Assembly (NCBI GenBank): GCA_963924565.1
Contig: OZ004608.1
Span: 31,000,001 to 31,064,000 of the forward strand
Reading direction: 5' to 3'
DNA from: Ascidiella aspersa
Taxonomy: Eukaryota
DNA length: 64,000 bases
Numbering within the stretch: the first letter of the stretch is position 1; each line of letters opens with the position of its first letter. The notes beneath the pieces are model-generated. The model had not been told where the DNA came from, ran no database searches, and worked only from the letters and a program-made list of their open reading frames with translations. Made by a program: the position numbers and the translations under genes. Of the stretch, positions 50,701 to 62,979 are shown one piece after another.

Positions 50701-53700
50701 CCTCAACACATCTGCACCAAGTGCAAACTCACTTCTCAAGGCAGAAGAAGGAAGGAAAGATGTTGATCTGAACACAAGGTATTGAAGTTGTGCAGAGTTT
50801 TTTGTTGTTGTGTTTTACTACAGTGGTTTTGCCATTCCGAAATTGTAGTTTTATTTAGATTGGCCTAAGCTTATTTCTGCACTAGGTATGTTCAATATTT
50901 ATCGAGAGATAGCCAAATTGGTAACATCTGTTTTTGTCTGTTACTGGGGTAAAAAATAAATATAATAATTTCAGCTCTGATTTGCCATTTAACACATAAT
51001 ATCCTTTGTAGTGATGTCATTTGGTATCGGATAGAATCATGAAACTTTTAGTTTAAAATATAGAGTATGGGTATCAGAATAAAGTAAAAACTTTTGGTCA
51101 TTGATATTTGCGACTAACTATTGCATTTGTTTGGATTTAGCCAGGAACTTGTGAATTCTGTTGGAGGACTGTCTCTTCAAAATAATTATTATTGCATGCT
51201 TAAACTAACATTTAGTATCGGATCGGATCACAAAACTTTTAGTTTAAAATATCAGGTATCGCTATCGGAATAAAACAACAACTATATTGAACATTCCTAT
51301 TTACAACTAACTGTTGGATTTATTTGCACTTAGTCAAGAACTTGTGAATTCTGTCGGAGGGCTGTCTCTTCACGAAGAGCACGAAACTGCCAGAACACCG
51401 ACCAGGACCTCAGGCCACCTGTGTAGTCCAAATCACAACAACAATCCTTTACCTCAAATCCTCAACCCAGAAGCCGATCTCATATATCAGAGATTCTTAG
51501 AAGGTGCTTAGCTAGCTTTCATTTGATATATTGACTTTGCCTTTTTGGAACAGTGCATTTCAACAGTGTACTGCATAAAAACCACACGTCTTACAAATAA
51601 GAAAAAATACATTATTTTTTAATTTTAGTATCTTGTTATTTGTTTGTTAGAAGAATTCTTGTTATATATAAGTATGTAGCTGTAATGCTGAATCATTTAA
51701 GAAATATTGTTATAGGTTTGATGAAAATTGTACTTGAAAAAAGAACAGACAAAAAGTCATTAATAGCCTAACGCTGTTCAGTTTTTTTTTATGTGTTGTC
51801 ATTAAAGGCATTTTATCCCTTGCTTTTGCAGAGCACACCTGCTACGACATCATGCCCACCAGTTGTAAGTTGGTTGTGTTCGACACTCAACTGCTAGCAG
51901 GCAAAGCTTTTCACGCCCTCCTGGCTAACGCAGTCCGATCTGCCCCCCTTTGGGACTCCCAGCATTCCCGATATGTTGGAATGCTGACCGTCACCGATTT
52001 CATTCATGTTCTCATCGCCTATTCCAGGTGTGAACAACAACTACTTAACCTATGTACTTTGTGTCTGATTGTGTGGGTTGGTATCGAGAAGAGCAGTTGA
52101 CCCCGCAGCAAAATACAGCTGTATTAATTTCAGTGGGTTGCCTGACAGCCACATGATTTTTCTGATTTGATATGAGATGTGTTTATGACACTGCTTTGTC
52201 TATCAATTCTTTGTTTGTACAAGAAATATGGTAACATTTTATTCACAATGCAACAAACTGATTAAGTTAGGCTTTGGTCATTGTCATTTTTTTTCCACCT
52301 ACTTGTTTTGGTAATTGTAATGGTCTTACATCCCCCATGTTTTAAAAAGCATGTTTAAACAGCTTAACAAAAGCATTAATTTCAAGTTAAACCTTGGCCA
52401 ACCTTATACATAACCTGTGCTGTGTAACTCATATTTCCCTTGGGAATTGTCCCAGGAGAAAAACCATTCACAGCAAGGTTAATGCCATGTTCAATTACCA
52501 CCCACAGCTTGTTGTTGCATCCTATATGTGTTTTTGCACCTTAACAAAGTTATTAAACTCTCTATGAAGCTAAAATGTAAGGTTTTAAATGATGTATGAC
52601 CCTCCCAAAGATTTCAATATGTTATAATAATTTTATTTCAAATTTTAGTAAGTCTGTTATTTTAATAATAATCTCTGTCGCAGTCTGGCCGAATTTGTGC
52701 ATTAGAAAAAAAACATTTTATCTACCTAATGGCATAAATGCCATGATTGCAATCGATTTTAATATGTAAAGACAATTTTATTAAATTTAGTAAGCTGTTT
52801 TTCTAATTTTAGTCAGTCTGTTTTCTTAGTAACAATTTCTGTTGCAGTCTGGCAAATTTGCACATTAGAAAAAAATTGTTTTAACCAACAATTGCAAAGG
52901 CATAACAAATTCAGTGTCTCCAATTACATTTAACCTTTTCAGATTGGGGAAATCTCCACAGACCCTGGAGGAAGAGAGCCTTGATACTTGGAGGAAAATC
53001 CTTCATCAAGAGCCGGACTTTGAAAACGTCAGTCCGGAGAACACGTTGCTTGACTCTCTTGGTATCCTGTTCGAGGGAAACTACCATGGGTAAGCAAACG
53101 GCCTTTGAAATTTATTGTAAGTGTTTTGTTTGATGAGAATTCTGTTTAGGTTTACGGTAAGCAAATATTGAAGATAGATCTCCTATATTGAATCAATATA
53201 TATAAAATGTGACAAAGTTTCTTGAAAATTCTGAAGTAGTAAGGTGGAACTTTGGGTTTGGTCAATTTTTTTGCTTTGATTTTACTAAACATTTGTTACT
53301 AAAGCTTTATCCCTGCTTCCTAAGTTTTAATCATCGATAACACAATAATAAACCATTCACCTTATAAAGATAAAATTCCATGCCAAACTAAACCTTTTTA
53401 TTATGCATAAATTTGGCTTAACAGGAGAGCGACATTTCTGCTGTAAACGTTATCATACAGGGATGTGATTTTAAATGAGTGCAAAATTTTGTTTCAACAG
53501 TGTACCAGTTCTGGACCAAGCCAGCGGCGACATCTTCCACATCATCAATCACAAGCGGATCCTAAGGTTTCTCTACCTCTTCATGAACGAACTGCCAGCA
53601 CCCTCCTTCATGGGAAAGGTAAGTGACTCAGTGCATCCGGGAAAACGCTGCTCACCTTCTATTCAGTTTTGTTCGCCTTTGTGAATTGGGTGGCGACTTC

Positions 53701-56700
53701 CTTTTGGTATTGCCTATTGTCTGTTTGGGGTTTTCCCAACTGGTATCACTATATCATCCTGCCATTATGCGGCAGGGGTAAACATTGCAGGATTGCTGTT
53801 ATATTCAATGGAGTTTATTGCGAAAACGTAATGCACTTACTACGTTGCACTATGACAACATGATTGTTCGCTTTTCAAGTCTTGACACAACATTTGCCCA
53901 TCTGTTGCTCTTGCCTGTAGACCTATGATAAATATATCAATATTGAAATGAGTTGCAGATAGTTGTGATTATGATTTAGAAAATATTTCTGTAGTCGCAT
54001 ATGATGTGAGCTTAAACCATCTGTCGAAAGTTTAAATGGCGCTGGCGCCAATTTATGAAGTTTGAATAAAAATATATTTTTTTAGTTTGATTTTTTTGTG
54101 TGAAACCTCATAAAATTCTAAAACTATTAGAAAATTTAAAAGAGTAGGGGGTACTCAAACTTAGCACTACCGTGGCAGCTTTTTTGAGGAAAAGATTCTT
54201 ATTGCAAAAAATGCAAGTCACAATGAGTGCCAAAACACAACAATGAACGATGTTGTGTCAAAGTCAATAAGTTACCCCCTAAAGTGCCATGTAAAATATT
54301 AATACATCCTGTGACTGCTCTCCTCTGTAAATATCCCGGAATCCTGAAAAAGACTGTTATTAGCTGTTTTCAAGTTGTCAATTTTGCAATCGTGTTGGCA
54401 AACAGCTGTGTGGTCGGAAAAGGAATTTTAGGCTACTCTTGTAAGTTTATGTGCCTCAAAAGATCCTTTTTTAGAATTTTAATATCTTTAAGAAAACAAG
54501 GTGCATTTACTATCTCGCCCAAAAAATTGTAAAAAGAAACGCGTGGTTAAAGTCTTGAGTCCTAGTGTATTTTTACCAGAAAAAGTTTTATAACATACCT
54601 ACTGCGATTTCCACATAAAATCATTACGCCGTGCTTTATCGTTATTTATTATCTATTAAATATTCTGCTTTTTCTCCATTAAAAGTATAACAAAGTTTTG
54701 CCACACTTTTTTTATTATTTTAGTATCCTAAAAACAAGTCCGTTCACTATCCCGCCAAAAACTTTTTAAACAGAAATGCTTGTTAAAGTTATGACTCCTA
54801 TAGTTTATTTATACCGAAAAATGTAGAGATGTACTGCGATTTCCACATAAGAAAACATTGCCATCCCTAAATCCTTAATGACACCTTGTTGTGTGCGTGT
54901 ATATGTGTAAGATTGCGAGGCATCTCCCAACGTTAAGGGGCGGCTTCAGACACACAAACGCCTGACGATCCGCTAATTGACGGGCCTGCGTTGCAGAACA
55001 CCGCAGTCCTGTGTTTGTCAGTGGCCCGTCTTCGCCTGGCGTAGTTGGACCGTGTGTAAAACCACGCACGGCTGACAAATGTCCTCCCCTTATAGCAGAC
55101 CTTTTGCGCTCGTAAACCTAGTCGCACGGCACTGCGGAAATAAGGGTAAAACGGCGATGAACTAGATGGTTACGAATGGGAGCCGTTTTCGTTCAGCTGT
55201 GTGAAATGGTTTCCCGCCTTGAATATTTCACTGTCGCGCGGATGGCGCTAAAGCGATAATAAACAAGACTTTGGCGTTTCCCACTTGATGCATTGTCCCT
55301 TTAAAAACCTACTTCGTTTAGTTTTTCAGTAGGCTTCTTAAAACAAGCGTTTTATTTTTTTTGCTTTTTGATAACCTAATTTACAAAATGTTCATTGCGG
55401 TTGCAAAATAATTTTGTTCAACCATCACAGACGTTTGCTTGTTGCATTATGCAAAGCAAATCAAATCAAATTCAATCGAATCTGTTCTCGGCAACGACTG
55501 TAACGTTTGGGCTGCTCAAAGCCTTGCTGAAATTGTCATTAGCCCCTTTGGTAAACAGGCTAACACACCCCAGGTTTCGGTAAACAAGCCAATTATTCTG
55601 TTAACAACGCCGACTGTAGTGTAAAGTTGCCAATAATTAATTATCAACGCAAAACCAACAAACAAACATAAAGTTTCAGGAATAATTTGGTTTTCATTAA
55701 ACAACTTTAACTTTTTGGTAAAGCTGCAACAATTCCCGAAATTCTACTTGTCGCGTGTGCGCTGGGCTATTCAACCACCCAATTGCACAGCCCTACAAGC
55801 CGCTGAGGCTTGTCCATTTCGTTTATTTTTGGGGGATGATTGTAAGTTTTTTGATTGAATGTTGTACGAAACCCGCCACTTGTATTGAAATGCTTAAATT
55901 CGAACGATTTTCTCTTGAAACTGCGGATAGCCATTTAATAAAAATTTTGGTAAATTTTGAGTTAATGATGTACAAATTCGTAATGGAAAGCTTAATTTAA
56001 ATTTATTTTGGTGACAAACTAAAATGTAAGATTATTTCTCGACTGAGTAACAAACCAGTGGAATACTTGTACCCTTTATTGGTGGCATATTTATCAGCCT
56101 GACATCTTCTCTACGCGACAGGCCTCCGACTATTCAAATAGAATCTTTGCGGTCGTTGGGTTTGCCCTTTAGGTGAAATATTACAGACGATAACGACTCC
56201 ATGATCTATCGCTTAAACCAGTAGATAGCAAACTCGATACACGGGACTTTTCAGGGTTGTACAATGTTTCCAAGATTAAGTTTGTTTACTATATAGTTTA
56301 TTGCCCTATTTTATTGTACGTAATAAACCAATAGTGCTTGTTTCTGTTTTATATTCCATTTCAAGGACCCGCGCTTTCACTTAATTGATTGATTGTGTTT
56401 TTTAAAATGTTTTTTCATCGGTGAATGGATTTGGGTTCATTATGTTGTTAATATTTATTCTTTATTAAAGCGAACTAAGCTTTATAGAAGTAACCTTGTA
56501 GGAAATTCTGCGCGATTAACTAACTTTTGATTAGAACACTATTTATGCAGTTTTTGGAATATCTTTTGAAAAGGAAATAATATCACATTCTTGAAAACAA
56601 CTGCGCATTAAGCATTTAAATTAAATCGTGATTTACTTTGATTTAGCGTTTGTAGATTTTTTTAGAGTGATTTAGCAACTTTTGTGAGTAACAGGGCAAA

Positions 56701-59700
56701 TTATACCCTTTGAACACAACTTGCACGATTTGCATTTTGTGTAAAAATATTGCGTGTGAATTGGTTTAATATGCTGCTCTTCACAACAATTTACATTGCA
56801 GCATATAATGTTGCGCAACCACGCAAGCTTACACGTTAGCTGGAAAAGAATCCTCGAAACAGATTTTCAAGTTCGCTCACCAGAACCGCATTTTGCCGAT
56901 TAAACACAACGCCGAAGGCGGTAAACGCGTTTGAGACGTTACTGTTGCTTTATGTTCTCCCGTGGTGGTTCGTGACAAAATTTCCGTGCGTTACGTGGAA
57001 GAAAGTTGTGAAAGCACCGCTGACAAATGTCAATTAATGATGTTAAAAAAACTTTTATTTTATTTCGATGGCAAACTTTACTGGCGTCCTATCCGATTCC
57101 AAATTACTTTATGATGGTAAAATGGGCAAAATTTATAAAATTAAATGTGCGACGGAAATATTTTTAAGCTATTTACCTAAAATTGTTGTAGCTAGTTATT
57201 TCCTACTACAATTCGTCCAAGGGTTTATATTGCTAAGGTTATTTGGCTTAGGGTGAGAGTTATCGTTTGGGTCGTTCAAGTATAATTACTATTTATTTTC
57301 TCATATTATGTATTTCTATTAGTTTCAATTTTAACAACTCGTTTCGTTACCGTGAAAAAAGTGGTAGGGGTCTAGACCAGCGCGCCGTTATTTTATTTTT
57401 ATTTACAACTTTCGGAAAAAAATACCTTCAAGAAGGAAAACACTGCGATGAATTGCAAAGTTTGGGCAGAAATAAATTTTCAGGCACCACTACCAGCCTA
57501 GTATCGGACGAACACCCATACTACCATATGGTAATAAATATCGGCCCCGATCTGATAATATTAAACACCCCTACTGTCAACGGCACCAGAAATGACTTAA
57601 GTCCAAGTCAAGTCATTTGCCAATATAACAAGTCAAGTCCCAGTTCAAGTCATCGGCTGCCCAAGTCAAGTCCTTGTCAAGTCATTATGAGAGCAAGTTA
57701 ATTTTTAAGTCATGTCATTGATAAAAAGTAAACTGTTAAACTACTGAAATTGGTAAACTCGTCCAATTGTAAGCAACAATTCAACTAAAAAACTAACACG
57801 AACGCAATATACAGCAATAAAAGTGTTTAATGTGAAAAACTCGAAATAAATTTTAATCAAAAACACGTAATTTAAGTTATTTGACAAAATGATTTAAGTC
57901 AAGTCAATGACTTAAGTCATTACAACACTGCTGTTTGCTCAGCGCAACAGTCTCTCTCACTTGTTGACTGCCCGCGTTTCGCTCGTAACCGCAACTACGC
58001 GGGAGCGCTGGGGGTCGACTCTCATACAATAAAGCATCAGCGACCCACCAACCGCTGCTGAATCTCGGCCGCCGAATAATATTGACGGCTTTGGGAGAAG
58101 CTACTGTTTGAAACTGCGTTGGATCCGGCTTGGGCCTTTTCCAATCGCCACAGGGCCGGCGAACACTTGAAATATTTTTTTACGTCATTCAGTCAGTTAA
58201 AGGCGGCAACTTTGAGAACGAACCATTTTTTCGTAATCGCCTTGTCAATTTTAGTGCCCGTTTTAACTTCTTTCTTTTCTTAGGCTAGGTCTTCTAAAAC
58301 TGGCCCGTTTGGTACCCCATTTAATTTTATAAAACTTTTTGCGGCACACTATTTTTTTTGGTAATTATTTTATAAATATTACGTATATCTCGCTGCGATA
58401 TCCCAGTTTTTGAAAAGCTTTTTTTTTAACCAAGTCAAAAAATACAGTTTGAAAGGGGTCATGGTACCGTGCAGTTTTATTTAAACCATGCTAGAATGAC
58501 AGGTTAGATTTATCTGCGAACTAGATCTATCATCAAAACAACCTTATTGCGTCATCGAACAAGCCATATATGGCTCGCTAGTCATGGGTTCCCGACCACT
58601 GATTTAGGCAATCGCTTAATCAAACCTAATTTCCGCTTGTATTCCAACTTTAGCGGTTGCTTCCAAAAACAGGCGCTCGTGTTTTTCAACTAGTTCCCTG
58701 TTATTTCCAAATCGATTGACTTCAAAGCCCCCTTTCGAAGCGGCGACGTTAATGACAAATTTACTCCCGAAAGCGGGGCGGAAAATGCACTCAACAACGT
58801 GGTCCTTTGAAACGAACAACTATTTACTATCGCCGCCCTCGCTTTGTTATTGACCGAGGTGGAATTCCACTCCCTGTCACGCCCCCATGCAAAGCGTCAC
58901 GCCCCTTTTGGGTGACGTAGTCGTGCGAAATACTCGGGCTGGAGCTTTCCATTATAGTGCGTTGCGCCACGGGCGGGCGCCCAAATTGCATTCCCAACAA
59001 TAAATAGATTTTTTTGTAGTGGAATTGATAACGAAAGCGTGCAAGCTTTCCCATAGGTTGTACTTTTTGAGACTCTCTGTATAAATGATCGTTTTTTGAT
59101 CGATTTATTTTGAGGTTTTAATGTATTTTTAATAAATTTCGCTGCCATCTGTCTTATGTTATTTTGTTCATGATCAGAAACTATCTTTTCTAGTGTTTTT
59201 TTTTTAAATTAAGCTACTTGTTCTGTTTGGACTTTTTTCAGCATTTTTCAATACTGGTATTATTTTAATTAAAAAGAATTGGATAATTTCGTTGACAATA
59301 AGCATGTACAAGTATAAATTGCTTCAACGTTGTTGTTCGTCTTCCAAATTATTAGTTTATAACGTTTTTTTTCAAATTTTCAGTTTATCACCTTTTTTGT
59401 TTTAATTTAAATGTTGATTCATATAAGATACGAATCGGCAATTTTAACGGAATGAATTTATCAAATTCGTCTAAAGCAGTGAAATTACCTGGCAAAGTGC
59501 AAATATATGTCCAGTCTAATGCATACACGGCTGTAGCTATTGGGTCAACTCTCTCGTCCTTTTTATAACATCTTGTATCATATTTTTGCGATATTTTAGA
59601 GACGGTTGTGTGTGAATTGTAGCGTAAACAGTGGCACGACCACCTAGCTTCGCAAACCAGCTGTGTACATGGACGGTTCGCGGTTTTCGCCGCGGCCAAA

Positions 59701-61762
59701 AACTAACGCTTGAATGCGAAACGAATCGTTGTTTTGGCAACAACTGGCTAAGCGTTTACCGCCTATCATTGTGCGAAAGCTTAACATCGCGCTACGAAAC
59801 GTACCCGTATGCCCTCGTTGCTTGCTGCATAGCAATCGGGCATTTTGAGCTTTCTTAACCGCCGCAACGCTGAAAATTCGCCGATTATTAGTGTTCGATT
59901 TCAAACCTGACCTTTCGTTTTTCGCCCGACCTGCCTGCACCTGGTTTCCACACATGTCGTGAAATGAATCGACTTGGCATTTCGTCGATCCTAAATTGTG
60001 GTTAATAGAATGCTAGTTTAGGCTATTACCAGCAGTTATTCTATGGTCATTATTATCATACCCTCTAGAAAATTAGCTAAATTAGGATAATAATACTGTG
60101 GTTAATTGGATGCTAGTAAAGACTACACCAGCAGTTATGCTATGCTTGTTATCATACCTTCCATAATATGACCTAAATTAAGACACTAATACTGTGGTAT
60201 GTGGTTAACGGCTATACCAGCAATTGTGGTCTAAATAAGTTTCTGTTTAATCGGACAACTATTAGCGCTATTCATATTTCTGGGCGTTATTAAAAAACAG
60301 GCCAATTTATTAAAAAGTGGACGCAAAGTTAACTTTCAGTTGTTGTCAGGGGTAGTAGTACCAAAACTATTATAAGCGATTCCATGTAGCGTTTTCTAAA
60401 TGCAAAGTATTGTGTCTCTCTCTTAACAGATAGTTACGTTTAAGTGAAAAAACCTTGCCTATTTTACGTAACTAGTTGCCATTTCGCATACCACACTCAT
60501 CGCTGGTCATTAGTATGTAGCAATTAGGGTGGTACTAAATATCGAATTATACCGAATGCTAGGCAATGACACAAAAATTAAACGTCAGCTTTACTCCTAA
60601 ACCATGCACCTAAATTATACACTGAAGCATACCATCTCGCATGAGAGCATTTTAATATGAGATGTAACAAAGGCTGCAATAAATTTCGAACCATTCGGTC
60701 TTAGTACCACCCTCGCAATTATACCTTTTGTTCAGTTAATCTTTGCAATAAAAACTTTGGATTGAAGGGCGTTACATTTTTCAAAAAATTATTGGCTACC
60801 TGTATCGGGATTAACTACAAATTGACTGACATCTGTACTAGCAGTTGCTATATGTTGTACACAGACTGTGGAGGAGGCCGGTATCGGTACCTATGATAAT
60901 GTGTGCACGGTGCGGAAAGACCAGTCCCTACTCCACGTACTTCAAGTCATCTCGGACAGGAAGCTCACTGCCATACCGGTCGTCGATCAATCAGGTGAGG
61001 CCACGTGTCTAAAGTCAAAGTTTACTTAGACGAAACTTTTGCGAGATCTTGTTGTCGGTGGATCAACACTGACTTAACATTTCGTTTAATATAAGCCTCT
61101 GGACTGTAATGACTATCCTTGACGTAAATAGTCACAAATTTAGCACCGAAAAAGGCGCAATAAATACTGTTTAATGCATTTGTCCAAAACAGAGATATAC
61201 AACTATCTGAGCAAGAACAAAGTTCGAGCTGAACCTAATGAGATTAATAGGCTTGCGTGTATATTTTTTCCGACTCGCGTGTTCCATATATTCCCCTAAT
61301 GAAGATACAGTTAAAATGCTGTTGGATGTAAATCATAACTAAAAATCGTTGAAATTAAAATAGGCTTAATTAAAAACATGATGTCTCAAACCCTTGCATT
61401 GTAATATTAAAAAATAACTTTTACCACATTGTAGCATAGATATCTAGTGTTAATGTAAAACAGAAGTGAAAACGCAACGCAAAATACACTGTTGTGTTTA
61501 GTTTCTGGTAAATCACTTCAAATCGTATCAGAATTGAACTCAGACGCTTGCAACCCCGAATATCCGCACAAGATGACGTCACATTGACCATTTTTCTTTG
61601 TTTCGTCACAGGTGACGTGGTGGACGTCTTCTGCAAGCTCGACATGATCCCGCTCGCCGCACAAGGCATGCATTATGACCTCACAGTGGCCCTCGAGACC
61701 GCCCTCTCGTGTCGCTTCGCCGCGCTATTTGAAGACGAAATGGAGCCGGTGAATTTTACGAG
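44771..61762 (+). CDS. PRKAG: 5'-AMP-activated protein kinase gamma subunit-like (CBS-domain) protein with long N-terminal extension, 3'-partial
   Basis: CBS exons translate to [99 protein letters not shown], clearly homologous to AMPK-gamma CBS1-3. Phase-consistent exon chain: 44771-44902 (ATG), 45175-45280, 46231-46366, 46888-47030, 50069-50254, 50697-50778, 51334-51503, 51832-52027, 52943-53089, 53501-53618, 60865-60994, 61612-61762. The CBS4 exon(s) were not found in the window. N-terminal exons rest on open frame and splice sites only. The paralog number cannot be assigned. Confidence 0.88.
49549..50025. mobile_element. Degenerate hAT MITE
   Basis: TIR cagtgatcggcaaa / tttgccgaccacatg; gcggccc/ggcccac subterminal motifs. 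Confidence 0.55.
51020..51373 (+). repeat. ~190-bp tandem duplication spanning an acceptor and the first ~39 nt of a PRKAG-like exon
   Basis: 51141-51179 matches 51334-51372, and the upstream intron sequence is duplicated too. Confidence 0.9.
57585..57930. mobile_element. hAT-like MITE with AAGTC repeats
   Basis: gacttaagtccaagtcaagtc... ending in ttacaacactg. Confidence 0.6.
58500..59070. promoter_or_regulatory. Intronic CpG-rich promoter/enhancer-like island
   Basis: GGGGCGG, GGGTGACGT, TGCGTCA, GCGGGCGCCC; high CpG density inside a 7.2-kb intron. Confidence 0.45.
59990..60235. repeat. ~100-bp tandem repeat, ~2.5 copies
   Basis: ctaaatt..tgtggttaa...tgctagt...accagcagttat repeated. Confidence 0.75.
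60525..60714. mobile_element. Short MITE
   Basis: TIR agggtggtactaa / ttagtaccaccct, flanked by gcaat on both sides. Confidence 0.65.
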
Positions 61763-62923
61763 GTAAGTTATTCTTAAGGTCAAAGCGTTGCTCTTGCACC
61801 TAATAATCATCACACACTCGATCTTAATGATTGACTATAGGGAATTAATTTATCTGTTTTTTGAGTCACGATGATAGTTACTTACTTTTTTCCGAAATAT
61901 CCGTAATATACGTACTTTTTTGGTTTGGAAAGCTTCATTGACATTGGTGTGTTTTTAAATTCGACTGAAATTTGCAAATTACTTGACCCGACAGAGAACG
62001 ACCGATTAGGAAGTCCTATACTAGCATATTCTTGTGTCTATTGACAACAATAATTTGCAACAGTGCCCGTTTTCTGATTTTTTTTCTCTTCAATAAACAA
62101 TGTTTACCAACGGGATTTATGCAAAACTGTCAAATGTTTCTTCCTAGAAAACCGCCTGATTCCCTACGATTTAGGGCAACCTCATTTCCATTAGTTAGTG
62201 CAAACGCAAGTCTTCCATCGCAGACAATTAAGCTGACAACTAAAAGTTGTCCCCGTTTTTGCTATGAGCGCAGCTCCGCGTAGTAAACCCGGTTTCGAGT
62301 TGTCATTAAGCCGCCCCAGTATATAGTTTGGCTTTCACGAGCTCAAAGTCCGCCCAAGCGAGTACACTCATAAAGCATCACATCCCCTTTACTCGCCGCA
62401 ACCACCGTCAATGGCGGTTTGCTTAGATAAGAAGCCCCACTTCAATGTTCCCACCCGCATAGTTTGAAACGGACGGCAATTTTTTTAACAATTTATTTAA
62501 CCGGCCGTTTTTTTATAGGTGGCTTTTTAGACAAACCCCTAATTATAGCCGAAACGCCAGAGAAAATAATAAGTGGCGGATGAACCTGTTTTCAGTATAT
62601 ACCATGTCTGGTGACAAAAGCAAATATTTCAGGTTTTAAAAAAAAACTCGAAGAAATGGCAAAATGCAATAAACGTGGCCTAGCTCTTGTATAAGGTGGC
62701 CATGTAAAGATATAAACTCTGTGTATAACTGCTAAAATCCAAGTTGTATTTAAAAAAACAAACAAGCTTTCACACGCAAGTATAGGCTCGACTCAATTTT
62801 AAAGCTGCCACGGGACCCGAACTTCGCAAAACTTCCCGTTTTGTATTTTCGTTGGACGATTACACCTTGCGCCTCTTCCCGTTGAAAAGCAAACTAAGCG
62901 TAGTTCGTCGGTGGATGCCACCT

Positions 62924-62979
62924 CGTTGCCGAGGCAACGGACATAGTGACGTAACCAGCACGTGCTCGCAACCCATTGG
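62924..62979. promoter_or_regulatory. RFX X-box + CRE + E-box + inverted CCAAT cluster
   Basis: cGTTGCCgaGGCAACg (62924-62939), TGACGT (62947), AGCACGTGCT (62957), ATTGG (62975). Confidence 0.6.

Noticed and set aside
54962-54990. CTGACGA-T-CCG..CGG hammerhead-like start
   Set aside because: Not followed by GAAA.
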